This document shows, in pieces, positions 10,145 through 20,880 of a DNA stretch of 64,000 nucleotides (its first letter is position 1; each line of letters begins with the position of its first letter). The notes below the pieces were generated by a model. The model saw nothing but the letters and a program-made list of their open reading frames with translations, was not told the DNA's origin and did no database searches. This DNA is from an uncultured delta proteobacterium (lineage in GTDB: Bacteria; Myxococcota_A; Polyangia; Polyangiales; Polyangiaceae). The stretch spans positions 1,312,001-1,376,000 of the forward strand of contig CAWDXG010000001.1 of NCBI GenBank assembly GCA_963806225.1, in the 5' to 3' direction. Both the position numbers and the translations under genes were made by a program.

Positions 10145-10731
10145 AGCGCGTCCTCGACGAAGTCGAGGCGGTCCTTGCCGAAATACAGCTCCCCGCCGAC
10201 GATGAACGTGGGCGCCCCGAACAGGCCCCGCTGCTGGGCCTCCGCCGTGGCGTCCTTGAGCGCCTGCTTGATCGCGGGATCCTGCGTGCGCCCGAGCAGC
10301 GCGGCGCCGTCGAGACCGAGCTGGCCCAGGATACTCCGCAGCACCTCGGCGTCGGAAATGTCGCGGTCGTCCACCCAGTAGGCGCGGTACGTCGCCTCCA
10401 CGAACGGTCGCACGTCGCGCTCGTCGGCCGAGAGCGCCAGGACGGTCCGCAGCGCGGCGACGGTATTCATGGGAAAGCGGGTAGGGAAGCGGAACGGGAT
10501 GCCATACTTCGCGCTCCAGCGCTGCATGTCCTCGAGGCTGTTCGCCGACTTGGCCGGGCTGGTCATGCCCGGGGTCATGTTCACGTCGAGCGCCTTGAAC
10601 AGCCCGCCCAGCAGGAACGGCTTGTAGACGATGTGCGCGGCGTGGCGCTCGGCGAGTGCCGGCAGCTGCATCGCGGCGAAGTAGGCGTTGGGGCTAGAGA
10701 AGTCGAAGAAGAACTCGATCGTTTTCGGCAT
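10141..10731 (-). CDS. 2-hydroxychromene-2-carboxylate isomerase / GST-kappa (DsbA-like) family
   Basis: IEFFFDFSSPNAY, YKPFLLGGLFK, GLFGAPTFIVGGELYFGKDRL. Confidence 0.88.
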   Translation of the reverse strand: MPKTIEFFFDFSSPNAYFAAMQLPALAERHAAHIVYKPFLLGGLFKALDVNMTPGMTSPAKSANSLEDMQRWSAKYGIPFRFPTRFPMNTVAALRTVLALSADERDVRPFVEATYRAYWVDDRDISDAEVLRSILGQLGLDGAALLGRTQDPAIKQALKDATAEAQQRGLFGAPTFIVGGELYFGKDRLDFVEDAL

Positions 10732-10771
10732 GAGGTCCTCGCTGGATACCTGGGCCCTAGTGGCTGCCGGC

Positions 10772-12939
10772 TCAACGCAAGGCTCGGCCGACGAGATCGC
10801 GCGCCCCGTCTACGATGTCTTCTTCGCCGACGAGCACCAGGTTGGCAGCTTCGCCCAGCGGGATGTAGCAGTCGGCCGACGTGACGCGGGCGAAGCGGGC
10901 CGGAGTCCCGGCGTCGAGCAGCGCCGCAGCCAGGGCCTCGGAGACGCTGCCGCTCCGGCGGCATTCGTCGACCACGAGCAGCCTGCCCGTCTGCTCGGCG
11001 TGCGAAAGCACGTCCTCGATCGGAAGCGGCGCTAGCCAGCGCAGGTCGAGGACCCGCGCCTGGATTCCGTGTTCGCGTTCGAGGCGCGCCGCGGCCCTGA
11101 GGCTCATCCAGACGCCATTGCCGTAGCTGGCGATCACGAGGTCCCGGCTGCTCTCGCGGTAGAGCCGTGCGCGACCGACGGCTGCGGCGCCAGCCGGCGC
11201 CGGCGCGGACCACGCCTGGTCTCCGCTCTCGTAGAGATCACGGCTGTGGTAGAGCGCGATCGGTTCGATCATGACCACCACGCGTCGCGCGTGTCGGGCC
11301 AGGGCGAGGCCGGTCCGGTACAGCCCCATCGCGTCGTCGCCGCGGGCCGGGACCCCGATCACGATGCCCGGGATGTCCCGCAGCACTGCCAGGGAATTGT
11401 CGTTGTGGAAGTGTCCGCCGAAGCCCTTCTGGTAGGCGAACCCTGCGATGCGCAAGAGCATCGGGTTGTCGTACGCGCCGTTCGAGAAAAACTGCATCGT
11501 CGCGGCTTCGCCGCGCAGCTGGTCCTCGGCGTTGTGCAGGTAGGCGAGGTACTGGATCTCGGGGATCGGCAGAAGGTCGAGCGTGGCAGTCCCGAGCGCG
11601 AGCCCGAGGATGGTCTGCTCGTCGAGCAGCGTGTTGAAGACGCGCGCCGGACCGGCGCGGGACATCAGGCCCTTTGTGACGCCGTAGACACCGCCTTTCT
11701 TCGCGACATCCTCGCCGAACACGATCGCTTCGGGATAACGGTCGAGGGCCTCGGCAAGGACCGAGTTGAGGCCCTGGGCCAGGGTGAGCGCTCCCGAAGG
11801 CAGCGAGCCGAGCGCCCGCGTGGCTTCTGTCTCCACACCCTCGTCCACGGGATGTGCCAGCGCCAGCTCCACCTGCGCCAGCGTTTCCAGCCGGGCCGAG
11901 CCCGCGGCGCGCGTCGCTTCGGCGGAGACGCGATCGGCGGCGTTGCGCTCCAGCGCGATCACCTCGGCCGAATCGAGCAGCCCCGCGTCGATGAGCTGCA
12001 TCGCGGCGCGCAGCACCGGGTCGCGGCCTTCCGCCTCTTCGAGCTCGTTCGGCGTGCGGTAGACTGCGTCCACGTCGCTGCCGGCGTGTCCGAGCAGCCG
12101 CACGCACTCCAGGTGCAGCACGGCCGGGCGCCGCGTCCGGCGGCAATGTTCCAGGGCTGCCTCGGCGGCGCGGAAGCTGCCACCGAGGTCCCAGCCCTGG
12201 GCGTGGAAGTAGTCGAGGTGCGGCAGGGCGCGTAGGCGCTCCTCTACCCAGCCGTGCGGCGTGCGCACACTGATGCCGAGTCCGTTGTCCTCGCACACGA
12301 AAAGCAGCGGCAGGGTCAGCCGCTGGTGCACGACCCAGCCGGCGGAATTGAGCGCGCCCTGGGCCGTGCTGTGGTTCAGGCTCGCGTCGCCGAAGCTGGC
12401 AGAGTGCGACGGCGTCCTTCGGCGCGGCAGGCTCGAGCCCGAGGCGCGGGCGGCGTTCCAGTGCGAACGCGAGCCCCACGGCCCGCGGCAGGTGCGAGGC
12501 GATGGTGCTGGTCGAGGGGATCATGCCCAGGTGCCGGCCGCCGAACACCTTGTGCCGACCTCCGCTCGTCGGCTCCTCGCTCGAAGCGACCAGCGACAGC
12601 GCGATGTCGCGCACGCTGTCGACACCCGGAACCTGTCGCGCGCGCTCGAGCTGCAGCGCCGCGCTGCGGTAGTGCACGATGGCCGGATCGCTCGGGCCGC
12701 GTGAGGCGGCCGAGCACCGCGTTCGCCTCGTGCCCGGTGCTGCAGATCGTGTAGTGGCCGTGGCCGGCCGCGCGCAGCTCGTGCGCCGCGCGGTCGAGGT
12801 GGCGCGCGAGCAGCATCGACTCCATGAGCTCGCGCGCCTCGCCGGCGCCGAACGGCAGCTCCGTCGGTGTGCCGGGCGCGTAGGCGGTGATCTGCTCGCG
12901 GAACCGGCCGATCAGGCGACGCATGCGCTCGAGCGACAT
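10772..12939 (-). CDS. Fused E1 alpha/beta TPP-dependent 2-oxoacid dehydrogenase (branched-chain type), with +1 frameshifts near 12695 and 12398
   Basis: [51 protein letters not shown] (after frame repair), [39 protein letters not shown]. Confidence 0.85.
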
Positions 12940-13045
12940 ACGGCGCAGTTACCAGCACTCGGCCCCGCTGTCACCACGTCCCGCAGGTCTCGGCAAAACG
13001 GGCGCGGAGGGCCGGCGTGACAGCCGCCGGCCCCCGGAAACCCGC

Positions 13046-14408
13046 TCAGGCCATCTGCGGCAGCGCGGACAGCGATTGCTCCAGCAGCGTGGTCGTCGTA
13101 GTCGCGATCCTCGAGCTTGCCGGCGAAGTAGTCCATGTAGGCCGTCATGTCGAAGTGGCCATGTCCGCACAGGTTGAACAGGATGACCTTGGACTTGCCT
13201 TCCTTCTTGCAGCGTAGCGCTTCGTCGATCGCGCCCTTGACCGCGTGGTTCGCTTCTGGTGCGGGCAGGATGCCCTCGGTCCGCGCGAACTCCACGCCGG
13301 CCTCGAAGCACTCGGTCTGATGGTAGGCCTTCGAGCGGATCAGCTTCAGCTCCTGCAGGTGGCTGATGATCGGTGCCATGCCGTGGTAGCGCAGGCCGCC
13401 GGCGTGGAACCCCGGCGGTACGAAGGCCGACCCGAGTGTGTGCATCTTCACCAACGGCGTGAGGTGCCCCGTGTCGCCGAAGTCGTAGGCGTACTTGCCG
13501 CGCGTGAGCGTCGGGCACGCCGTGGGCTCGCAGGCGATGATGTCGACCTTCTTGCCGCCGCGCAGCTGCTCGCCGAGGAACGGATGGACCAGCCCGGCAA
13601 AGTTGCTGCCGCCGCCCGTGCAGCCCACGAGCACGTCCGGGTAGTCGCCCGCCATCTCCATCTGCAGGAGAGCCTCTTCGCCGATGATCGTCTGGTGGAG
13701 CAACACGTGGTTGAGCACGCTGCCGAGTGCGTACTTCGTGTCGTCGTGTGTTGCCGCGATCTCCACCGCCTCGCTGATCGCGATGCCAAGGCTTCCGGTG
13801 GTGTCCGGATCCTTTTCCAGGATAGCGCGCCCAGCCTGGGTCTCGCGGCTGGGGCTCGCGACGCATTCGGCTCCGTACGCTTCCATCAGGGCCTTGCGGT
13901 ACGGCTTCTGTTGGAAGCTGACCTTGACCATGAACACCTTGATGTGAATGCCGAACAATGTGCCCGCAAAGGACAGGGCCGAGCCCCACTGGCCCGCTCC
14001 GGTTTCCGTCGAGATGCGCTTGATGCCCGCTTCCTTGTTGTAGAAAGCCTGCGGCACGGCGGTATTCGGCTTGTGGCTGCCCGAGGGGCTGACGCCCTCG
14101 TACTTGTAGTAGATGCGCGCGGGCGTATCGAGCGCCTGCTCCAGGCGACGCGCACGGTAGAGCGGGCTCGGCCGCCACTGGCGGTAGATGTCGCGGATCG
14201 GTTCCGGGATCTCGATGTGGCGCTCGGTGCTCACCTCCTGCTGGATGAGGGCCATCGGGAACAGCGGCGCCAGATCATCGGGACCTATCGGCTGGCCCGT
14301 GCCCGGGTGAAGCGGCGGCGGCAACGGCTCGGGCAGGTCCGCCGCGATGTTGTACCAGTTCTTCGGCATCCGGCTCTCTTCGAGCAGGTACTTCACGTTG
14401 TCTGACAT
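13046..14408 (-). CDS. trpB2: TrpB2-type tryptophan synthase beta-like PLP enzyme, with a +1 frameshift near 13091 close to the C-terminus
   Basis: [76 protein letters not shown]. Removing one base gives ...[18 protein letters not shown] with the stop at 13046-13048. Confidence 0.92.
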
Positions 14409-14566
14409 GATGCTTCCCTTTCCGCGTTTCCCTCGCGCCCCCGCGCTCCCCAAAGACCCGACTCTGGAGGGTCCCGAGAGCGGAGTCCAGCATCGATGCA
14501 GCGCGTCATGACAATCGCCGGACGCGAGCGCTTGCCGCGACGCGAAAGGCGAGCGACTCTGTTGGG

Positions 14567-16357
14567 GTGACGGATCGGGCTGACGAAGCCGAGTCCGGAT
14601 CGGCTCTTGCCGAGCCTGGCGAGGAGCCCACGGTAGTCGAGGGGGCGGTGCTGTCTTCCCCGATGTCGGTGCGGGAGCCGCCTGAAGTCGAACCCAGCGA
14701 CAACAGCGGCACGCTGTCCGGCGGCGGACTCACCGGCACACGAACCGGCGGTACGAGCGTCGGTACCAGCATCATCACGACCGCGCCGTCCATCCTCCGG
14801 GCGGAAGAGCTCGGCCGCACCCGCGCGTTGATGCGACTGGTGGCGCTGGCCGCTGCGGCGGGTCTGGTCGCCATCTGGCTGCCCGAGCGCATCTCGCCCG
14901 GCCGCATGCTGGCTACGATTGTGGTCGGCGTTACCTTCGTCGTCACGTTGTGGCTGCTGGTCGAGTTTCGCGACCCGGAGCGCTACGATCGACGCAAGGT
15001 GCTGGTGCAGGGGCTGCTCTGCGCTGCCAGCATCCTGGCCGTCGCGTTCTATGTCGGCGTGTTCTCGCCCGCCGTCATGGCCCTGTGCGTGGGCATCTAC
15101 TTCTTCGGTCTCGGCGACTCGGCGACCGCCGGCTGGGCGGTCTTTCTGGCTTGCGCCATCGGCTACTTCGCGCTTGCAGCGCTTGCGATGGCGGGACTGA
15201 TCCACACCGACCAGTCCGTGCTCGCCTTGAAGCAGCCGGAGCTCGCCTCGATGGTCGCGACGACGGGCGTTGCCGAGGTGCTCCTGCTGGCGACGTTCTG
15301 GATGGCGCGCCAGAGCCGCCGGGCGACCCTGGGAGCTTTCGACCGGCTCGAGAAGGCGGCGCGACAGATCAAGAAGCGGGACGCGCTGCTCGACGAGGCG
15401 CGCGCGGACATCGAGCGTGCGGGCGCCGCCCTTCTCGGGCGGTACTCCGGACATCGCCTGGGCGGGTTCGAGGTGATCGAGATGATCGGCCGCGGCGCCA
15501 TGGGCGAGGTGTACCGGGCCAGGGAAATCGAGACCGACAATCTCGTCGCGCTCAAGTTCCTGCATCCCATGGTGCTCGAGGATCCCGCGCATCTGGCGCG
15601 CTTCCTCCGCGAGGCCGAGATCTCGAGCGCGCTGAAGTCGGAACACATCGTGCGCGTGTCCGGCACCGGCACGGCACCCGACGGAGCGCCGTACATGGTG
15701 ATGGAGCTCCTGCAGGGTAACGACCTGGCGTGGCACCTCAGGCAGAAGAAGCGTCTCGGTGTCTCGGCGACTCTCGAGCTCGTGCGCCAGGTGGCCGACG
15801 CCCTGACGGCTGCAGACGAAGCGGGGATCGTGCATCGGGATCTCAAGCCGCAGAACCTCTTCTACGCCGAGTTGACCAGCAGGCGCGTGTGGAAGGTGCT
15901 CGATTTTGGCGTCTCGAAGATAAACGACGTGGCGAGCACACTGACGCAGGGTGCCGCGGTCGGCACGCCGAGCTACATGTCGCCCGAACAGGCGCGCGGG
16001 CAGGAGGTCGACCATCGCGCCGACGTGTTCGCGCTCGGCGTCGTCGCGTATCGGGCGATGACAGGTCGACCGGCGTTCACCGCTCCGGATAGCGTGACCA
16101 CGCTCTACAACGTCGCCCACGTGCAGCCGGTGCGACCCGGCGAGCTGGTACGGGTCACCGACGACGTGGAGCGCGTGCTGGCCCTGGTGCTGGCCAAGGA
16201 GCGAGAGCGGCGGTTCTCGTCGGCGAGCATGTTCGCCCTGGCGCTGCGCGACGCTGCGCGCCAGCGGCTGGACGAACGGCTGAGGCGCGACGCCGACGCT
16301 CTCCTGGAAGAGCACCCGTGGGGCACCGACGACCTCGTGCTCCGGCGTTCGGCGTAG
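14567..16357 (+). CDS. Hanks-type Ser/Thr protein kinase with N-terminal multi-pass membrane domain
   Basis: About six hydrophobic helices, then [41 protein letters not shown]. Confidence 0.92.
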   Translation: MTDRADEAESGSALAEPGEEPTVVEGAVLSSPMSVREPPEVEPSDNSGTLSGGGLTGTRTGGTSVGTSIITTAPSILRAEELGRTRALMRLVALAAAAGLVAIWLPERISPGRMLATIVVGVTFVVTLWLLVEFRDPERYDRRKVLVQGLLCAASILAVAFYVGVFSPAVMALCVGIYFFGLGDSATAGWAVFLACAIGYFALAALAMAGLIHTDQSVLALKQPELASMVATTGVAEVLLLATFWMARQSRRATLGAFDRLEKAARQIKKRDALLDEARADIERAGAALLGRYSGHRLGGFEVIEMIGRGAMGEVYRAREIETDNLVALKFLHPMVLEDPAHLARFLREAEISSALKSEHIVRVSGTGTAPDGAPYMVMELLQGNDLAWHLRQKKRLGVSATLELVRQVADALTAADEAGIVHRDLKPQNLFYAELTSRRVWKVLDFGVSKINDVASTLTQGAAVGTPSYMSPEQARGQEVDHRADVFALGVVAYRAMTGRPAFTAPDSVTTLYNVAHVQPVRPGELVRVTDDVERVLALVLAKERERRFSSASMFALALRDAARQRLDERLRRDADALLEEHPWGTDDLVLRRSA

Positions 16358-16366
16358 CGGCGGCGG

Positions 16367-16714
16367 CTAGTGCTTGGCGACCAGCGTGACGCCAGCGACG
16401 ACCAGCGCCATGCCGAGCCACATGCGCGTGTTGATCACGTCGCCGAACACGAAACGGCTGGCGAGCGGCACCGCGACGTAGACCAGCGCGATGAAAGGCG
16501 CGGCCACCGCCAGCGGAGTCCGTTTGAGCACGACGAGCCAGGCGAGCACGCTGACCGCGTACGCGCAGAGCCCCGCCATGAACCAGGGGCTCGCGACGAG
16601 CGAGATGGGACGAGTGGGCTCGGCGCCGGTCAGGGCCGCCTTGCGCAGCAGGAGCTGCGCGCTCCCGTTCATCACCACCGTGACCAGCGCGAAGGCGACC
16701 GCCACCGCGTTCAC
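16367..16714 (-). CDS. SMR/EamA-type small membrane transporter (ArnE/F flippase-like)
   Basis: GTG start overlaps the upstream stop (GTGA). 115 aa, four TM segments, AQLLLRK and WLVVLKRTPLAVAAP motifs. Confidence 0.75.
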   Translation of the reverse strand: MNAVAVAFALVTVVMNGSAQLLLRKAALTGAEPTRPISLVASPWFMAGLCAYAVSVLAWLVVLKRTPLAVAAPFIALVYVAVPLASRFVFGDVINTRMWLGMALVVAGVTLVAKH

Positions 16715-17739
16715 GGAAGCAGCTCCAGCAACTTGAGCGCGCCGAGCTTGACGGCCGAGCGGTGGTGCGAGGCCTCGGTACGGGCCAGCACCTCGTCGCG
16801 GTGGGCCAGGTACCAGTCGTAGGATTCGGCGATCATCTCGGCGTTGGAATAACGCGGCTGCCAGTCGAGCTCGCGGCAGGTGTGACTCACGTCGAAGTAC
16901 ATCTCGCGGCCGTACATCAGCGAGTGGTAGTCGCCGAGCGGCGACAGCCGAAGCTTGCTGGTGAGCTTCATGGCGAGCTGCGTGGAGCGGAACGGTAGCG
17001 AGCGCACCGGGCTCCGGGTGCCGGCGTGCCGCACCAGCCCCTCGAGTAGCTCGCGCATGCTGCCGAAGCGGTCCGTGCCCACCAGATACGTTGCCGAGCC
17101 GCGGCGCTGGTCCGCCAGCAGACACGCCGCGGCAAGGTCGTCGGCGTGCACGAACTGGTAGCGGTTGTCGCCCTTCCCGAGCAGATACAGCGGGCGTCCG
17201 CGCCGCACCCACTCGAACAGGATCTGGAAGATCCCGAGCCGGCCGTGGCCGAGCACGGTGCGCGGTCGGATGATCGCGACGTCGAGGCCGCGTCGCACGA
17301 AGCGCCGGGTCAATCGCTCGCCGGCCAGCTTGGCCTTGCCGTACGCCTCGCGCGGCCTCGGGCGCATGCCGATCGTGACGGGATTGCGACGCGGCACGCC
17401 GTAGACGGCGCTGGACGACACGAGGATCACCTTGCGCACCTTCTCGCGCGCCGCCGCCTCGAGCACCCGCTTGGTGCCGCCGACGTTGACCGACCAGAAC
17501 TGCTGTCGGTCCTTGGCGAGCGGCACCTGCGCCACGTTGTGATGCACGACCTCCACGCCATCCATGACCTGGCGCACCGTGTCGCGGTCGCGCACATCGC
17601 CGCGGATGTACTCGACCTCCCGTGGTCGGTCGGGGTTGTCCACGAGGTCGAGCACCCTGACCTGGTCGCCGCGTTCGAGCAGCCGCTGGACGATGATCTC
17701 GCCCAGGTAGCCCGAACCGCCGGTGACGAGCGTGCGCAT
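16711..17739 (-). CDS. NAD-dependent epimerase/dehydratase (extended SDR)
   Basis: LVTGGSGYLG, SSSAVYG, YGKAK (YxxxK), IIRPRTVLG. Confidence 0.9.
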   Translation of the reverse strand: MRTLVTGGSGYLGEIIVQRLLERGDQVRVLDLVDNPDRPREVEYIRGDVRDRDTVRQVMDGVEVVHHNVAQVPLAKDRQQFWSVNVGGTKRVLEAAAREKVRKVILVSSSAVYGVPRRNPVTIGMRPRPREAYGKAKLAGERLTRRFVRRGLDVAIIRPRTVLGHGRLGIFQILFEWVRRGRPLYLLGKGDNRYQFVHADDLAAACLLADQRRGSATYLVGTDRFGSMRELLEGLVRHAGTRSPVRSLPFRSTQLAMKLTSKLRLSPLGDYHSLMYGREMYFDVSHTCRELDWQPRYSNAEMIAESYDWYLAHRDEVLARTEASHHRSAVKLGALKLLELLP

Positions 17740-17742
17740 CGG

Positions 17743-18762
17743 CTAGATGTCGACGCCCACCGACCGGCACCACTCGATCGAGCGGCGCATGCCCTCTTCC
17801 AGCTCGATTTCCGGCGAATAGCCCAGTTCCTGTTGCGCCTTCTCGATGGAGACCGCAATCGACGCGGCCAGCTCGCCGGCCACGTGCATGTCCTGCCAGT
17901 ACAGCCCCGCCATCTGCATCAGCGAGTCGGCGAAGCGCGCCACGTCGCAGCCCACGCGCGGCAGGTAGCGCGGACGGATGCTCACGCCGAGCAGGCGGCC
18001 CACTGTCTCGAGGATCTCGATGAAGGAATAGGGACGGCGGTCGGCGATCCAGTACGTCTGCCCCGCCGCGCGGTCGACATCACGCGCGAGCAGGAGACCC
18101 TGCACGGTGTTGTCCACGTAGCTCATGCTGCGCAGGTTGTCGCCTTTGCCGAACACGAGCGGGTGGCCGCCCTTGATCATCTTGAAGAAGCGCGTCTGGC
18201 GCAGCGGCTGGTTCGGTCCGTAGAACCAGCAAGGGCGCAGGATCACCGCTTCGATGCGTCCGGCGCGGTGCGCCTCCAGCACTGCCCACTCGCTCTGCAG
18301 CTTGCTCAGGCCGTAGTTCAGATACGGTCGCGGCGGGTCGTCCTCCACCATGAGTCGCGTGGGATCCACGTTGAGGCCCGCAGGCGAGTTCGAGCTCACG
18401 TAGATGAAGCGCTTCACTCCCGCGGCGATCGCCGCTGAAAGCAGATTCCGCGTGCCCTCGACGTTGATGCTGTAGAGCTCCTCGATGCGGCGCGGATGCA
18501 CGATGCCGGCGCAGTGGAACACCGTCTCGATGCCGTCGAAGACGCCGTGCGGAAGCCGCCGATCGCGTAGGTCGGAGAGCGCGACCTGGACGTCGCCGAG
18601 CTGTTCGAGATGCTGGGTATCGCTGCCCGGGAGCGCGAGGACGCGAACCGGTTCGGGCCGCTGATCCACCGGTCCGGTCTTCATGCCGCGGGCGAGAGCC
18701 TCGACGAGGCTGCTGCCGAGCCAGCCCGGGGCTCCAGTAACGAGTGCGCGAGTGCCTGTCAT
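17743..18762 (-). CDS. NAD-dependent epimerase/dehydratase (extended SDR, 3-beta-HSD-like)
   Basis: LVTGAPGWLG, FHCAG, YVSSNS, YGLSK, LRPCWFYGP. The start is taken at ATG 18762. Confidence 0.88.
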   Translation of the reverse strand: MTGTRALVTGAPGWLGSSLVEALARGMKTGPVDQRPEPVRVLALPGSDTQHLEQLGDVQVALSDLRDRRLPHGVFDGIETVFHCAGIVHPRRIEELYSINVEGTRNLLSAAIAAGVKRFIYVSSNSPAGLNVDPTRLMVEDDPPRPYLNYGLSKLQSEWAVLEAHRAGRIEAVILRPCWFYGPNQPLRQTRFFKMIKGGHPLVFGKGDNLRSMSYVDNTVQGLLLARDVDRAAGQTYWIADRRPYSFIEILETVGRLLGVSIRPRYLPRVGCDVARFADSLMQMAGLYWQDMHVAGELAASIAVSIEKAQQELGYSPEIELEEGMRRSIEWCRSVGVDI

Positions 18763-18868
18763 TTTTCGAGCTATCCTGCCGCGGGTCTGAATAGCGTTCT
18801 CCAGGCGGCCGAACAAGGGGGGCGCGCGATCCAGGGGCCGCGGATCCGGCGGTTCGGGCTGACAACGG

Positions 18869-20818
18869 TCAGTTCGTCGACTTCCGCTGGCGGCGACGGG
18901 CGGACGCTCCCAGCACGCGCTCGTCGCCCTGGCGCCGCGTCGTGCCTTCCCGGTCCAGCTGCTCCAGTAGCGGAATGGCCTGCTTGCGCGAGACGCCCGC
19001 CAGCTCCTTGAACGCCGGCACCCCGAGCGTCGCCTGCGTCTCGAAATAGGCCGAGAGCCGGTCGCGCAGCGCTTCGAGGTGGCGCTCGGAGAACCACAGG
19101 CCAGCGAGGCGGCGGGCGCTGCCGCTCCTGGCGAGACGGCCCAGCGCTGCGCGCGTTGCCTCCGGCGGCTCGCCGTTGGTGGCGACGAGTGCCGTTTCGC
19201 TGATGCCCTGGAGCCCGGCGCCGTCGATGGCCTCGTACAGCTGGGCAGCGCTCTTCTGCGCGACCGGCGCGGAGCGCTCGGCGAATCCGGGCAGGCACCC
19301 GAGCCCTCCGTCGAGCTCGAGCAGACGCCCGCTCTCCACGGCGCGCCGCAGACAGAGCTCCGCTACTTCGCGTCCTGCGCGCCGCGCCAGCTCGGCGCGC
19401 AGGGTCTCCAGTGATTGTCCCGACTCGTGCGGCTGCGAGTCGTGGAACGACTGCACGCGAGCGAGCAGCACACCGACCAGTTCGTCCAGGGCTCCGGTCG
19501 TGGTCCACAGCGCGCCGCCGTCGAGCGCGACCGCGCCGCTCTTGTTCGCCGTGCCGCCGAGCGTGCGGGTCACGCGGCCCGGCGCAAGCCCCAGCCGGCG
19601 CTCCACATCGGCCGCGTCGATGGGACGGGGCGCGGCGATCTGCATCAGGCCGGTCAGCGCCTCGCCCACAGCGCCGCTCTGCACGGCTTCGAGCGTGCGC
19701 GCGCGGAGCTCATGAGCGCCCGCCTTGTTCCGTCGCGGCGGGCGCGGAGCCGCCGCATCCAGCACCCGGCCGCCTCCGAGCACCGCACCGTGCTCGCGCG
19801 TCGCGCGGAATCCCCGGAGCACGACGCCCACGCCGCCCTCGCAGGGCAGCGGATGGTCGAGCGCGAGATGAGCCAGCCCTTCGCCGAGTGCGGTCACGCG
19901 CCCGCCCGTCCGCGCGGTGCCGATGTACACCTGCACTGGGCTCCTGTCGCCCAGGTCGCGTTCGCAGCCGGGCAGCGCCCTGAGCGAGATGTCCAGGCTG
20001 TCTGAACGGCACAGAGCGGAGTCGGCCGTCACGACGTTGCCCCGCCCGACGCCCTTCACCTCCACGCGCGCGAGGTTCACCGCCACGCGCGTTGGCGCCG
20101 ACGCCTGTTCGACCTGGCTTCCGTGGATTTCCAGCCCGCGGACGGTGCTGGCCGTCACGCCGCGCTCGCCTGCGACGAAGAGCTCCTGTCCGGCAAGAAG
20201 CCGTCCGCGCGTCAACGTGCCGGTGACGACCGTGCCCGCACCCCGCACCGAGAACACGCGATCGACCGGAAGCCACAGGCGCGCGCTCTCCTGGTGGCGG
20301 GGGAGCGCGGAGGCGAGCTCGACGAGTGTGCTCCGGAGCTCTTCGATGCCCTGGCCGGTCCCGGCCGACGTGTGCACGATGCGCGCCGCCGGCAGCCCGA
20401 GCGCGGCGAGCGCGTCCCGCACGTCGCTCGCGGCGAGCTCCAGCATCTCGTCGTCCACCAGATCACACTTGGACAGCGCCACGATCACGCGGTCGATGCC
20501 CAGAAGCGAGCAGATGTGCAGGTGCTCGAGGGTCTGCGGCATCACGCCGTCGTCCGCAGCGACCACGAGCAGCACGGCGTCCACGCCTCCGACACCCGCA
20601 ATCATGGCGTGCACCAGCTTCCTGTGGCCGGGCACGTCGATGAAGCTGATGCCGGTGCCAGGCAGCTCGGCAAAGCCGAGCTCGATGCTGATGCCACGGC
20701 GCTTCTCGTCGGGCAGCCGGTCGGTGTCCGTGCCGGTCAGGGCGCGCATCAGTGCGGTCTTGCCGTGGTCGACGTGTCCCGCCGTCGCGATCACGACACG
20801 CTGCTCTTCCTGGGTCAC
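18869..20818 (-). CDS. selB: Selenocysteine-specific translation elongation factor
   Basis: IATAGHVDHGKT, TDRLPDEKRRGISIELGFA, FIDVPGH, and a C-terminal winged helix FKELAGVSRKQAIPLLEQLD (SECIS-binding). Confidence 0.95.
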   Translation of the reverse strand: MTQEEQRVVIATAGHVDHGKTALMRALTGTDTDRLPDEKRRGISIELGFAELPGTGISFIDVPGHRKLVHAMIAGVGGVDAVLLVVAADDGVMPQTLEHLHICSLLGIDRVIVALSKCDLVDDEMLELAASDVRDALAALGLPAARIVHTSAGTGQGIEELRSTLVELASALPRHQESARLWLPVDRVFSVRGAGTVVTGTLTRGRLLAGQELFVAGERGVTASTVRGLEIHGSQVEQASAPTRVAVNLARVEVKGVGRGNVVTADSALCRSDSLDISLRALPGCERDLGDRSPVQVYIGTARTGGRVTALGEGLAHLALDHPLPCEGGVGVVLRGFRATREHGAVLGGGRVLDAAAPRPPRRNKAGAHELRARTLEAVQSGAVGEALTGLMQIAAPRPIDAADVERRLGLAPGRVTRTLGGTANKSGAVALDGGALWTTTGALDELVGVLLARVQSFHDSQPHESGQSLETLRAELARRAGREVAELCLRRAVESGRLLELDGGLGCLPGFAERSAPVAQKSAAQLYEAIDGAGLQGISETALVATNGEPPEATRAALGRLARSGSARRLAGLWFSERHLEALRDRLSAYFETQATLGVPAFKELAGVSRKQAIPLLEQLDREGTTRRQGDERVLGASARRRQRKSTN

Positions 20819-20880
20819 GCGCGGCTAACCTACCACGCCCTCGTCGATCCACACGGGTGGCCGCAGCTTCGTTGCCCGCG

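Noticed and set aside
12912..13045. C-terminal extension of TrpB2 overlapping the E1 gene
   Set aside because: It is explained by the +1 insertion at about 13091. The repaired frame stops at 13046.
6020..14408. Cys-rich proteins as TrpA partners of trpB2
   Set aside because: Such proteins are often auto-annotated as tryptophan synthase alpha chain, but they have no TIM-barrel features. TrpB2 commonly works without TrpA.
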